Shown here one piece after another: positions 1 through 7,856 of a stretch of 14,297 nucleotides of DNA. This DNA is from Candidatus Zixiibacteriota bacterium (GTDB taxonomy: Bacteria > Zixibacteria > MSB-5A5 > GN15 > JAAZOE01). The position numbers and the translations under genes are program-made. The stretch lies in assembly GCA_043819555.1 (NCBI GenBank), contig JBDREQ010000065.1:1-14297 (forward strand), written 5' to 3'. Position 1 is the stretch's first letter. Each line of letters starts with the position of its first letter. Below the pieces are notes generated by a model. That model had not been told where the DNA came from and ran no database searches. It saw only the letters and a program-made list of their open reading frames with translations.

Positions 1-1703
1 CCCTTTTGAATTGGCAGGCCCACAATGAAACGAGTGCCTTTATCCTGAACGCTGAGCGCCTCGATGGTACCGCCCAATTTTTCAACAATATCACGGGTAA
101 TTGACAGGCCAAGTCCTGTTCCAAACTCGCCTTTAGTGGAATAAAATGGTTCAAAAATATGTTTCAGATTTTCTTCAGATATGCCAGCCCCGTTATCGGT
201 AATGGCTATCACGACTCCCTTATTTTGGCGATTGGCCAGTGAAATATCAATCTTGCCTTCTTCTTCCACGGCAGCAATTGCATTACTTAGCAAATTAAGA
301 AATACCTGCTGCAATTGCCCGCGATCGCTTTCAATATGCGGTACGTCTTTTTGGAAATCATAGTTGATTTCTATATTGCGGTGGCCCAGTTCCGTCGATT
401 GAAATCCGACTACTTCTTTTAGCAGCTCGCTTAGCTCGATGAATTCTTTTTTGACTTCCATCCGCTTGGCAAAACCCAGCAGCCGATGTGTCACCTGGGA
501 ACAACGATCCACCGATTTCGTGATAGTATCCACCTGACTGAGGATTTTATCCTTCATAGGAAAGTCATTATGGTAAGTAATGATATCCTGAATCAACCCG
601 GCCTTTTCATTAATTATGGCCATAGGATTGTTTATCTCGTGAGCAACGCCGGCAGCCATGCGACCGATTGTGGCCATTTTATTGGTATATTCTATATTAT
701 GAAAAGTGCGGACACGGCGTAGATCTGCCTCACGGAGTTGTTTGGTCATATGGGCCGATTCATATAATATCACGATCAAAATTACGGCAGAACTCAACAG
801 CAAAAACCAGAGCACGTCGGAACGATGCTGAAGCCAATGACGGAAGGGATGATCCAGTTTTTTCAATACCATGAGGATAAACGGGGTTCCTTCGATATAG
901 GCGTACCCGGCGCTATAAATCACGCCGTTTTCTTCGCGCTCCTCTACTACTTCACGTTTTCTCGAAGCGGTCGGGACAACGATATCAGCCTTTTGGAGTA
1001 CCGGACCGTAAAATATGGATTCAGTCTGTAGAATCCCATCACTATTGACAATAAACACATCGGTATTGCGATCATAGTTAAATGAATATACCTGGCGATT
1101 GACCAGTTCCATATCAATCGTGCTTCGAATAATATAATAGTCGCCCGGCTTTCGTTCATTTTTAAAAGCAATCACAAAATGTGGGAAATTTCGATGCCCC
1201 ATAAAGACATCGCTCACATGCGCTCCTCTCAGAATGACTTCGTGAAACCAGCTTTGATCTTTGTAATTACGGCCTTTAAGATCGTAGGGACCGGAATAAT
1301 GCGTCTGGACCCCGTCGGGATTAATTACGCCAAAATCTACAAATCCGCCAAAAGAATTTTTGAGGTTCTGGAGGGTCGTCGCCGTCATCGTGTCACTGGC
1401 TAAATCGGCGTAAGATCTTTCCTGAATTATCAACAATAGCGCAGACTGTCTTTCCTCAATAACCGATTCCAGCGTTCTCTTGGTATTTGAGAGGATTTGA
1501 GAAACCGAGAAATTACTTTCTGCCCGATAGGCTTCGCGATCTTGAAAATAATTGATGCCCGCCAGAATAACGAGGGGCACTAGAGCGACAAGTGACGTGA
1601 TCGAGGCTATATTGCGCCGTAATTTACGATAGCGCGGCATTCGAGTACCGGCCAATTCCGGCGGGAGAGCAGTTCCCATTTCATGTTCGTTTTGATTCAG
1701 CAT
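1..1703 (-). CDS. Membrane sensor histidine kinase (TM - Cache-like sensor - TM - HisKA - HATPase_c); 3' end lies beyond the left window edge
   Basis: Manual translation of the minus strand gives one open frame from ATG 1703 (alternative ATG 1679) to the window edge. It is absent from the ORF track because no stop falls in the window. Motifs: TM1 IASITSLVALVPLVILAG; Cache-like YKDQSWFHEVILRGAHVSDVFMGHRNFPHFVIA; TM2 VLWFLLLSSAVILIVIL; H-box GRMAAGVAHEINNPMAII; N-box QLQQVFLNLLSNA; G1 ITDNGAGI; F-box IFEPFYSTK; G2 GTGLGLSI. In-frame TAA upstream at 1749-1751. Confidence 0.95.
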   Translation of the reverse strand, partial: MLNQNEHEMGTALPPELAGTRMPRYRKLRRNIASITSLVALVPLVILAGINYFQDREAYRAESNFSVSQILSNTKRTLESVIEERQSALLLIIQERSYADLASDTMTATTLQNLKNSFGGFVDFGVINPDGVQTHYSGPYDLKGRNYKDQSWFHEVILRGAHVSDVFMGHRNFPHFVIAFKNERKPGDYYIIRSTIDMELVNRQVYSFNYDRNTDVFIVNSDGILQTESIFYGPVLQKADIVVPTASRKREVVEEREENGVIYSAGYAYIEGTPFILMVLKKLDHPFRHWLQHRSDVLWFLLLSSAVILIVILYESAHMTKQLREADLRRVRTFHNIEYTNKMATIGRMAAGVAHEINNPMAIINEKAGLIQDIITYHNDFPMKDKILSQVDTITKSVDRCSQVTHRLLGFAKRMEVKKEFIELSELLKEVVGFQSTELGHRNIEINYDFQKDVPHIESDRGQLQQVFLNLLSNAIAAVEEEGKIDISLANRQNKGVVIAITDNGAGISEENLKHIFEPFYSTKGEFGTGLGLSITRDIVEKLGGTIEALSVQDKGTRFIVGLPIQK

Positions 1704-1753
1704 ATTCGAAACATCATTAATAGTATCGCGATTTTTCGATGAATGGCTTTAAA

Positions 1754-2992
1754 TTAATCGCCGTCTTCATCCTTACTCTTCTCTTGACTGCTTTTTTTAA
1801 TGGCTCCATAGGCCTCGCGCATTATCCCGGCAAGGACATTTACATTAACCGGCTTTTGGAGATAGGCGAAGGCTCCCAATTCCTCCGCCTGTTGTCTTTC
1901 CCGATCAGAACCATGACCCGTTAAAATAATAACCTGGACTTCCGGATGATCCTGCTTTAGTCGCCTCAGTACCTCCAGTCCGTCAATCCCGGGCATCATT
2001 AGATCAAGAACCATCACATCCGGTTTATTCTCCCTGACCATGTCCAGGGCCTGCTCGCCATCATATGCAATTGATGATTCCAGGTTTCTGGTCTTCAGTC
2101 TCTCGGAAAGCGTATTAACAAAATCCTTTTCATCATCGACCAGCATAAATTGAGGCGGTGTTTCTATATTTGACCAGGGGTTGATTGATTCCATTTTATA
2201 TTTGGAACCTCGCTGAGTGGTGACTTCCCTGACCCCGTCAATTTTCAGGGTTTCTTGAATCAATTTTCTGCGATAGTTTTCCATTCTCACAATATTTTCG
2301 TTTATGGATAAAATAACGTGCCCATCCTCAGAATGAACGTCGACCAAAAAACCTGCCCTGACCAGTTCCAATTCGACTCTAGCCGAAAGCAGAAAATCGC
2401 GGCATGCCTTTTGGGATTGATCGGTGGTTCTTACGGCATCATTTTTTGAGTAGTCACAAATGGATTTGACGGCTTCATCACATGGCGTTTTGTCAACGGC
2501 AATCACCATATCATACAGCTTTTCCGAATAAGCCGATTGTTCAAAGAGATATTCGGTGCATTTATGATTACGCCGGTCATCATCATTAATAAGGCGCAAA
2601 GTTCTTTTTTCTGACTCGCCGGTTTCTTTACAACCAACCTTAGTCCGGTAATCAAGATTGGCAATAAGACATATCCTCAATACATGGGAGATGGTTCGCG
2701 GAATCAGATGGCCAACACATTGCCTGAGCATAACATTGTCCTGCTGAATCAGTTCGGATAATACTACTTTGATAAAAGCCAAGTTTTTCTGGCGCTCATG
2801 AGTCATTACATTAAAAAGGGGATCGGGGCCATAAAGCGATTTTGCCAATTTGGCAGGTTCAACTTGAAAACGGCGAAAAGTTTCCTTCAATAAATATTCG
2901 TCTATAATCCGATAACTTAGTCGTTGACATACATCGGTTGCAATTTCTTCCGTATGGCAAAAAAATCCTCCGAATATTGTAATGATCGCCAT
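1754..2992 (-). CDS. Atypical response regulator: N-terminal cytidylate-kinase-like domain, BON-like domain and C-terminal receiver (REC) domain
   Basis: ORF 1754..3034; start more likely ATG 2992 (MAIITIF...), preceded by GAGGTG. The N-terminus resembles the cytidylate kinase-like family (IITI...LRICLIANLDYR...YDMVI). The middle VDVHSEDGHVILSI...KIDGVREV is BON-like. REC motifs are intact: LVDDE, VLDLMMPGIDG, LTGHG, QKP. Confidence 0.88.
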   Translation of the reverse strand: MAIITIFGGFFCHTEEIATDVCQRLSYRIIDEYLLKETFRRFQVEPAKLAKSLYGPDPLFNVMTHERQKNLAFIKVVLSELIQQDNVMLRQCVGHLIPRTISHVLRICLIANLDYRTKVGCKETGESEKRTLRLINDDDRRNHKCTEYLFEQSAYSEKLYDMVIAVDKTPCDEAVKSICDYSKNDAVRTTDQSQKACRDFLLSARVELELVRAGFLVDVHSEDGHVILSINENIVRMENYRRKLIQETLKIDGVREVTTQRGSKYKMESINPWSNIETPPQFMLVDDEKDFVNTLSERLKTRNLESSIAYDGEQALDMVRENKPDVMVLDLMMPGIDGLEVLRRLKQDHPEVQVIILTGHGSDRERQQAEELGAFAYLQKPVNVNVLAGIMREAYGAIKKSSQEKSKDEDGD

Positions 2993-3127
2993 GGTCACCT
3001 CGCCCAATATGAATTCTTCGTATTCCAAAAGCATATTAAGTCAACAGTTGCCAATTTGCAAGTTCTAAAACGTGGTTATTTTGTTCCCTTTTCTTGAATA
3101 AATTTTCAGTAATTTTTAAAAAACGAC

Positions 3128-3156
3128 TTGCCGGTCCAATATGTTTCTTTTAACTT
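3128..3156 (+). promoter_or_regulatory. Putative sigma70 promoter for the SulP gene
   Basis: TTGCCG (3128-3133) - 17 nt - TAACTT (3151-3156). Predicts a start near 3163 and a ~125-nt leader. Confidence 0.35.
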
Positions 3157-3164
3157 TGTCCTCA

Positions 3165-3283
3165 AAGCCTTTTTATTGATGTGGCAAATCACTGTTTGGT
3201 GATCGACCTTTTCAGGGAAATTGATTCCCTATCTTAAAGGTACTAAACAGATCACTTTCAGACCATGCGGGAGATCGAGGCTT
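3165..3283 (+). ncRNA. Candidate structured cis-regulatory leader RNA upstream of SulP (no known family recognised)
   Basis: Nested helices found by eye: 3165-3171 AAGCCUU / 3277-3283 GAGGCUU (covers the SD); 3192-3200 CUGUUUGGU / 3242-3250 ACUAAACAG; 3206-3211 ACCUUU / 3236-3241 AAAGGU; 3214-3219 AGGGAA / 3225-3230 UUCCCU. Confidence 0.35.
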
Positions 3284-3288
3284 AGCAG

Positions 3289-5490
3289 GTGAAATTTAAT
3301 TTTTTAACACATTTTTGTCCCTTTCTTGATTGGTTTCACAAATACGACCTTGAACGATTTCGTTCAGATTTAATTGGCGGCTTGACTGTAGCGTTAGTGC
3401 TTGTTCCCCAATCTATGGCATACGCTCAATTGGCTGGCCTACCCGCCTACTATGGCCTTTATGCCGCCTTTCTCCCGCCGGTAATGGCGGCTCTATTCGG
3501 CTCCAGCCGGCAGTTGGCCACCGGCCCCGTAGCAGTTGTTTCTTTAATGACGGCAACGGCACTCGAACCACTAGCGACGGCCGGCAGTGAACAATATATA
3601 GCCTACGCTATTCTACTTGCCCTTCTGGTAGGAATATTTCAGTTTTTACTTGGAGTCTTGCGTCTTGGACTGGTAGTGAATTTTCTATCGCACCCGGTGA
3701 TCAGCGGATTTACAACCGCAGCGGCCATTATCATTGCCACCTCACAATTATCCAAGTTATTTGGCGTCTATGTTGACAGCGCGGAACATCATTATGAAAC
3801 GATTTATAACGTATTAATATCGGCCATTGCATACACTCATTGGCCGACGCTGGGGCTTGCGTCTCTGGCCTTTGCCATTATGTTCTTTTTGCGCCGTTTG
3901 ATGCCACGAATTCCCAACGTTCTGATTGCAGTTGTCATTACAACTTCCATTTCCTGGGCGACCGGATTCGAAAAAAATGATTGTATCGAGATCAATCAAA
4001 TCGAATCCAGGGAGACACAAGAATTGATTGCCGCCTTCAATAATTCATATCGCCTACAACACGAAAAAGCAAACCATCGAGTAATGCTTATGCATCGAGC
4101 GGATTCTGTTGAAAGTAAAAATGGGAGTCGCTCTCTCGCGTTTTTAAAAATAAGCCATGAGCTGGCGCAGATTAATATGGAGTTGGAGGATATCCAGGCT
4201 GCGATACGCAGGCATCGTATGATGCTCCGGCAAATGTTTTTTGTGCAATCCGACAGTGACGGCACAAAGAATAAGTATATCCATTTCGAAGCTGTAGAAA
4301 ATTCAAAACAGTCAGGCATAATTTGGCGAATTAAGGTAGGTTATAATGTAATTGAAACCGATTCGCTGATTTTGACCGGAGGCGGGGCCGTAGTCGGTAA
4401 TATTCCACAGGGACTACCGAAGTTCCAGTTACCGTTTTTTAATATTTCCACTGCCTTAACTTTATTTCCTATGGCTATGATCATTTCACTTCTTGGCTTC
4501 ATGGAAGCTATATCGATAGCAAAGGCTATGGCGGCCAAAACCGGACAAAGACTCAATCCAAATCAGGAACTTGTTGGCCAGGGGATAGCCAATATTCTGG
4601 GTTCATTTGCCAGGAGTTATGCCGTTTCGGGATCTTTCTCTCGCTCGGCCGTAAATATTCAGGCTGGCGCTGTAACTGGACTTTCGAGCGTAATTAGCGG
4701 CATGATCGTGATGATAGTTCTTCTATTTCTCACGCCGCTCCTGTATTATCTTCCTCAATCAGTCCTGGCAGCGATTATAATGATGGCCGTTGTCGGTCTT
4801 ATAAACTTCAAATCCTTCATTCATGCCTGGCGGGCTCAAAAATATGACGGCATCATTGGGATTTGCAGTTTTATCGGAACGCTTGTCTTTGCCCCGCATC
4901 TTGACCGAGGCATTTTGATTGGCGTGGTTCTGTCTTTGCTGCTCTATCTTCTTCGAAATATGAAACCGGTGCTGGCAATGTTATCGCTTTATTCTGACGG
5001 CGCCTTTAGAAATAGAACCCGTTTTGACCTCCCGCAATGCTGTCATATCGCTGTTATAAGATATGCCGGTTCTCTCTTTTTTGCAAATGTCAGTTATCTG
5101 GAGGACAGAGTCCTTGAAACTGTCAGAAATATGCCGAAGCTGAAACGTGTGCACATTGTCGGCAATGGGATAAACGAACTTGACGCCAGTGGAGTCGATA
5201 TGCTGGAGACTCTTATCGAAAGGCTTAAAGGTAGTAATCTGAGTTTATCCTTTAGTGGATTAAACGACTCTGTTTACGATACCATGCGGAGAACCGGTTT
5301 GTTGGCTCAAATCGGAAAGGAAAACTGCTTTCAAAATACAGCTCATGCAATTAATAATATCTGGGAAAAAGCACATGATAATTCAAGTGAAAAAAATTGC
5401 CCCCTGAAATATATGCCCACCATGAAACTGGAAGTTGACGAAAAAATTAAGAGTAAAATGCAGAAACGATTCGGTCGAAAAAACGATTGA
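3289..5490 (+). CDS. sulP: SulP/SLC26-family anion transporter with C-terminal STAS domain and a large soluble insertion
   Basis: GTG start after GAGG. SulP signatures: DLIGGLTVALVLVPQSMAYAQLAGLP...YGLY, FGSSRQLATGP, NQELVGQGIANILGS, GSFSRSAVN. STAS: GSLFFANVSYLE...LDASGVDML. Confidence 0.96.
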   Translation: MKFNFLTHFCPFLDWFHKYDLERFRSDLIGGLTVALVLVPQSMAYAQLAGLPAYYGLYAAFLPPVMAALFGSSRQLATGPVAVVSLMTATALEPLATAGSEQYIAYAILLALLVGIFQFLLGVLRLGLVVNFLSHPVISGFTTAAAIIIATSQLSKLFGVYVDSAEHHYETIYNVLISAIAYTHWPTLGLASLAFAIMFFLRRLMPRIPNVLIAVVITTSISWATGFEKNDCIEINQIESRETQELIAAFNNSYRLQHEKANHRVMLMHRADSVESKNGSRSLAFLKISHELAQINMELEDIQAAIRRHRMMLRQMFFVQSDSDGTKNKYIHFEAVENSKQSGIIWRIKVGYNVIETDSLILTGGGAVVGNIPQGLPKFQLPFFNISTALTLFPMAMIISLLGFMEAISIAKAMAAKTGQRLNPNQELVGQGIANILGSFARSYAVSGSFSRSAVNIQAGAVTGLSSVISGMIVMIVLLFLTPLLYYLPQSVLAAIIMMAVVGLINFKSFIHAWRAQKYDGIIGICSFIGTLVFAPHLDRGILIGVVLSLLLYLLRNMKPVLAMLSLYSDGAFRNRTRFDLPQCCHIAVIRYAGSLFFANVSYLEDRVLETVRNMPKLKRVHIVGNGINELDASGVDMLETLIERLKGSNLSLSFSGLNDSVYDTMRRTGLLAQIGKENCFQNTAHAINNIWEKAHDNSSEKNCPLKYMPTMKLEVDEKIKSKMQKRFGRKND

Positions 5491-5526
5491 TGGTCACTTC
5501 CCACACAGTGAAAGTAAGCATTTCAA

Positions 5527-5575
5527 AAAAATGGCAGGGTATCCCAAAGTGATGCAATTGATTATAAATTGGCGT
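5527..5575 (+). repeat. Degenerate direct repeat copy A (att-like), partner at 6494-6540
   Basis: AAAAATGGCAGGGTATCCCAAAGTGATGCAATTGATTATAAATTGGCGT aligns to 6494-6540 at 36 of 49 columns (one 2-nt gap). Both copies end in TGGCGT. Confidence 0.75.
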
Positions 5576-5620
5576 GCCGTAGTTGAAGATCTTCGAAATT
5601 ATTTGAGGCAGGTTGCTTGA
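5531..5620 (+). other. 29-codon frame MAGYPKVMQLIINWRAVVEDLRNYLRQVA crossing repeat A; resembles the C-terminal tail of att-spanning recombinases; probably a remnant rather than a gene
   Basis: ATG 5531 to TGA 5618-5620; the W-R codons coincide exactly with the TGGCGT core. The resemblance to recombinase tails (W-x4/5-D-x-R-N) is my pattern recognition, not a search result. Confidence 0.35.
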
Positions 5621-5685
5621 ACAATTAGACCTGCAGTATTCGTGATTGGCATGCAGTCAACGTGGTTTTTATTGATCTTCAATTA

Positions 5686-6333
5686 TCAGCGTTTAAGCCG
5701 AGAAATAAGCCATCCAAGAAAATTCAAAAATAGTAAAATACCACCTACGTTCCTGATTATATCACCAGTATTTTGGTATGGGGATAGGCTGGTTTTGATG
5801 GAATCATAGAATCGCTGATCCTCAATTGAAGCTATATGAAGTGTGTCTGTGACATTGATCGTCAAGGTGTCATTTTTAAAAATCGAGCCAATTTCTTTGG
5901 GGTAATTAAGGAGAATTCTAATCTCATAAGGATAAGAATCGGGCTTAAAGTTGGGCGGAAACTTGAATACTACGATGGGTTCTATTTTCTCTTCAGTACG
6001 ATCAAAAATTCCTGATCCGATGGTTGTATTAATTGAATTTCCCCACTGGAAGTATCCTTCAATTTTTGTATATAAGGATGTAATTTCGGTATCACTAATT
6101 GGATCCCATAACCGAATTCTCGAGGCAACAGGGTACCAATATCCATTAATTGACTCACCCGGAGAATCGAGTGATAATTTCATTACATCATTAACTGTTG
6201 GAGCAATAGGTGAAACGTTTTTATTGACTTCAAACGGAATTTTTGAAGAAAGCACTGATCCGGTAATCGCAGTAATACAAATACCCACAATGATCAACAC
6301 AATGGCTATTATTAAAAATAGATACTTTTCCAT
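5686..6333 (-). CDS. Hypothetical membrane protein (215 aa; N- and C-terminal TM helices around a soluble domain)
   Basis: Hydrophobic N-terminus (YLFLIIAIVLIIVGICITAITGSVL) and C-terminus (VGGILLFLNFLGWLI-SRLKR). No family recognised. AT-rich relative to flanking genes. Confidence 0.8.
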   Translation of the reverse strand: MEKYLFLIIAIVLIIVGICITAITGSVLSSKIPFEVNKNVSPIAPTVNDVMKLSLDSPGESINGYWYPVASRIRLWDPISDTEITSLYTKIEGYFQWGNSINTTIGSGIFDRTEEKIEPIVVFKFPPNFKPDSYPYEIRILLNYPKEIGSIFKNDTLTINVTDTLHIASIEDQRFYDSIKTSLSPYQNTGDIIRNVGGILLFLNFLGWLISRLKR

Positions 6334-6416
6334 ATACTACTCTTTACTCGGAATAGAACGCCTTAATATTCTCTGATGTTTAAATCAATCGGTTGTGTTA
6401 TTACAGGATCTATTTC

Positions 6417-6445
6417 AATATAGATTTATAATTCACCGATTGCAA
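6417..6445 (-). promoter_or_regulatory. Putative sigma70 promoter for the 215-aa cassette gene
   Basis: Minus strand TTGCAA (6445-6440) - 17 nt - TATATT (6422-6417), ~80 nt upstream of ATG 6333. Confidence 0.55.
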
Positions 6446-6483
6446 TTGAATTTTGGCAAATAGCAATACAATTGAATATTGGC
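6443..6483 (+). repeat. Two 15-bp direct repeats CAATTGAATWTTGGC, 26 bp apart
   Basis: CAATTGAATTTTGGC at 6443-6457 and CAATTGAATATTGGC at 6469-6483 (1 mismatch). Related to the CAATTGA...TGGC motif in repeats A and B. Confidence 0.7.
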
Positions 6484-6493
6484 GGAAGTTAGT

Positions 6494-6534
6494 AAAAATA
6501 ACCGCGTATGTCTAAGTCATACAATTGACTATTA

Positions 6535-6540
<6 letters not shown>
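6494..6540 (+). repeat. Degenerate direct repeat copy B (att-like), overlapping the last 6 nt of tRNA-Glu
   Basis: AAAAATAACCGCGTATGTCTAAGTCATACAATTGACTATTATGGCGT; 36/49 identical columns with 5527-5575. Confidence 0.75.
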
Positions 6541-6612
<72 letters not shown>

Positions 6613-6631
6613 GCGTACAATTACAGGCCCC

Positions 6632-6659
6632 ATAATATCATTTTTCGATTCGCTGTCAA
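6632..6659 (-). promoter_or_regulatory. Sigma70 stable-RNA-type promoter of tRNA-Glu
   Basis: Minus strand TTGACA (6659-6654) - 16 nt ending in TGA (extended -10) - TATTAT (6637-6632), followed by a GC-rich discriminator GGGGCC. Confidence 0.75.
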
Positions 6660-6929
6660 GGAAAATACGTCTATTTTGGAAAGATAAATTGGAAGCCTCT
6701 ATTATTAATAACCTGACAACTCCGTAAATTATCTATAGGCCAGCGCAAGACTGCATGCCGGGCAAGAAAAGCAAATGATGGCAAAGCCATTAAACTAAGC
6801 GATACGCATCTTGCAGATTATGGAAAATATTTCCCGTTTGCTGATCCCCCGGCAGCCTGATGAATTGCCGCCCGTTTCGGCATTTCTTATTGCAGGATAA
6901 TTAAAAAATGAGATGTATAAAACAAATTT

Positions 6930-7763
6930 CTACTTCAATAGCGTCATTTTTTTGGTAATGATTTTGTCCTCAAAAGTCAGTCGATAGAAATAAATTCCTG
7001 AGGCCGCCATTCCGGAATTCCATTCAACTTCGTATCGTCCGGCAGGCTTGGTTTCATCCACCAAAGTCTTAATATTCTGCCCCAGGATATTATATATTTT
7101 GAGAGTAACATAATCCTGTTCCGGTAATGAATAAGAAATCGTGGTGGAGGGGTTGAAGGGGTTGGGGTAGTTTTGTTTTAACTCCAAGACCGTTGGGATT
7201 CCGGTGAAACTATCATCGGCATCAAGAGGCGAAAAGATCGTGAGCGATCCCTCATCAAATTCTGGGAGATAAGTATTCAGACCGGTAGAATCGGCCAATT
7301 CCAATCGCGTCCAAAGTTCCAATTGTCCGAAATATTCAACGCTATTAATCGAATCAATAATTACAATTTGTTCTGCTGAACCGGGAGAAACTGAAAAATA
7401 TATATTCGCCAGAAGTCCATTGGAGGCGGTTATTAAGGGGATACCATCTTGGGGCACGTAGGTAAACCTTACGGTTTGATTGTCATTATCAATATGAGCC
7501 AGGGCAGCCATTTTGGGTTGAACCAGCGAGCCAACAAACGATACTGAATCCACATATACATCGGGGCTTGAATACTTGAGAGGAATCGTTAAAGAAGCGA
7601 TGTCTATATTATTATCGCTCAAGTAAACCGGAACAATTACCTGTTCTCCGGGATAGGCGTTTATTGATTCTACTGTAATTTTCCCTGCCTGGGAAGTGGT
7701 ACATAAAAGCCCTAATAGGAAAAACATTGCCAAAAGGGTGAATTGTTTTGCCAGCTGTAACAT
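6930..7763 (-). CDS. Secreted cohesin-domain protein with C-terminal T9SS type-A / FlgD-Ig-like sorting domain
   Basis: Signal peptide (...CTTSQA-G). Cohesin-like beta-sandwich (ITVESINAYPGEQVIVPVYL...SLTIPLKYS...VDSVSFVGS...GLLANIYFSV). CTD signature LKQNYPNPFNPSTTISYSL...LKIYNILGQ...ASGIYFYRL...KKMTLLK. Confidence 0.88.
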   Translation of the reverse strand: MLQLAKQFTLLAMFFLLGLLCTTSQAGKITVESINAYPGEQVIVPVYLSDNNIDIASLTIPLKYSSPDVYVDSVSFVGSLVQPKMAALAHIDNDNQTVRFTYVPQDGIPLITASNGLLANIYFSVSPGSAEQIVIIDSINSVEYFGQLELWTRLELADSTGLNTYLPEFDEGSLTIFSPLDADDSFTGIPTVLELKQNYPNPFNPSTTISYSLPEQDYVTLKIYNILGQNIKTLVDETKPAGRYEVEWNSGMAASGIYFYRLTFEDKIITKKMTLLK

Positions 7764-7807
7764 GCAGAATTTTCCTTCCTTTATCTAATATATATTACAA
7801 ATATCCG

Positions 7808-7839
7808 GCCTAAAAGTTTGACATTCTTTAAGTTTAGGC
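7808..7839. repeat. Inverted repeat GCCTAAA-N18-TTTAGGC (hairpin or regulator site) in the divergent intergenic region
   Basis: GCCTAAA 7808-7814 and TTTAGGC 7833-7839. Confidence 0.4.
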
Positions 7840-7856
7840 AATACTTTTTTCTATTC

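Noticed and set aside
181..1924. Short ORFs at 181, 486, 668, 825, 947, 1179 and 1739 suggesting a fragmented or pseudogene region
   Set aside because: All are shadow frames of the uninterrupted minus-strand histidine kinase (1-1703) or of the regulator; no frameshift was found on manual translation.
3183..3205. GGCAAA-stem resembling the start of a c-di-GMP-I riboswitch (similar fragments near 6781 and 7798-7814)
   Set aside because: No GNRA tetraloop and no following GACGCAAA/P3 elements in the correct order at any of these sites.
5951..6376. 141-aa plus-strand ORF
   Set aside because: Antisense to the 215-aa gene, which has coherent membrane topology and a promoter; TTG start and no recognisable features.
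6745..6760. Sigma54-like CGGCATGCAGTCTTGC on the minus strand, with TGCCG-N7-CGGCA (6866-6882) upstream
   Set aside because: GG-to-GC spacing is 11 rather than the required 10, and no protein gene follows. The inverted repeat may be a weak terminator or chance.
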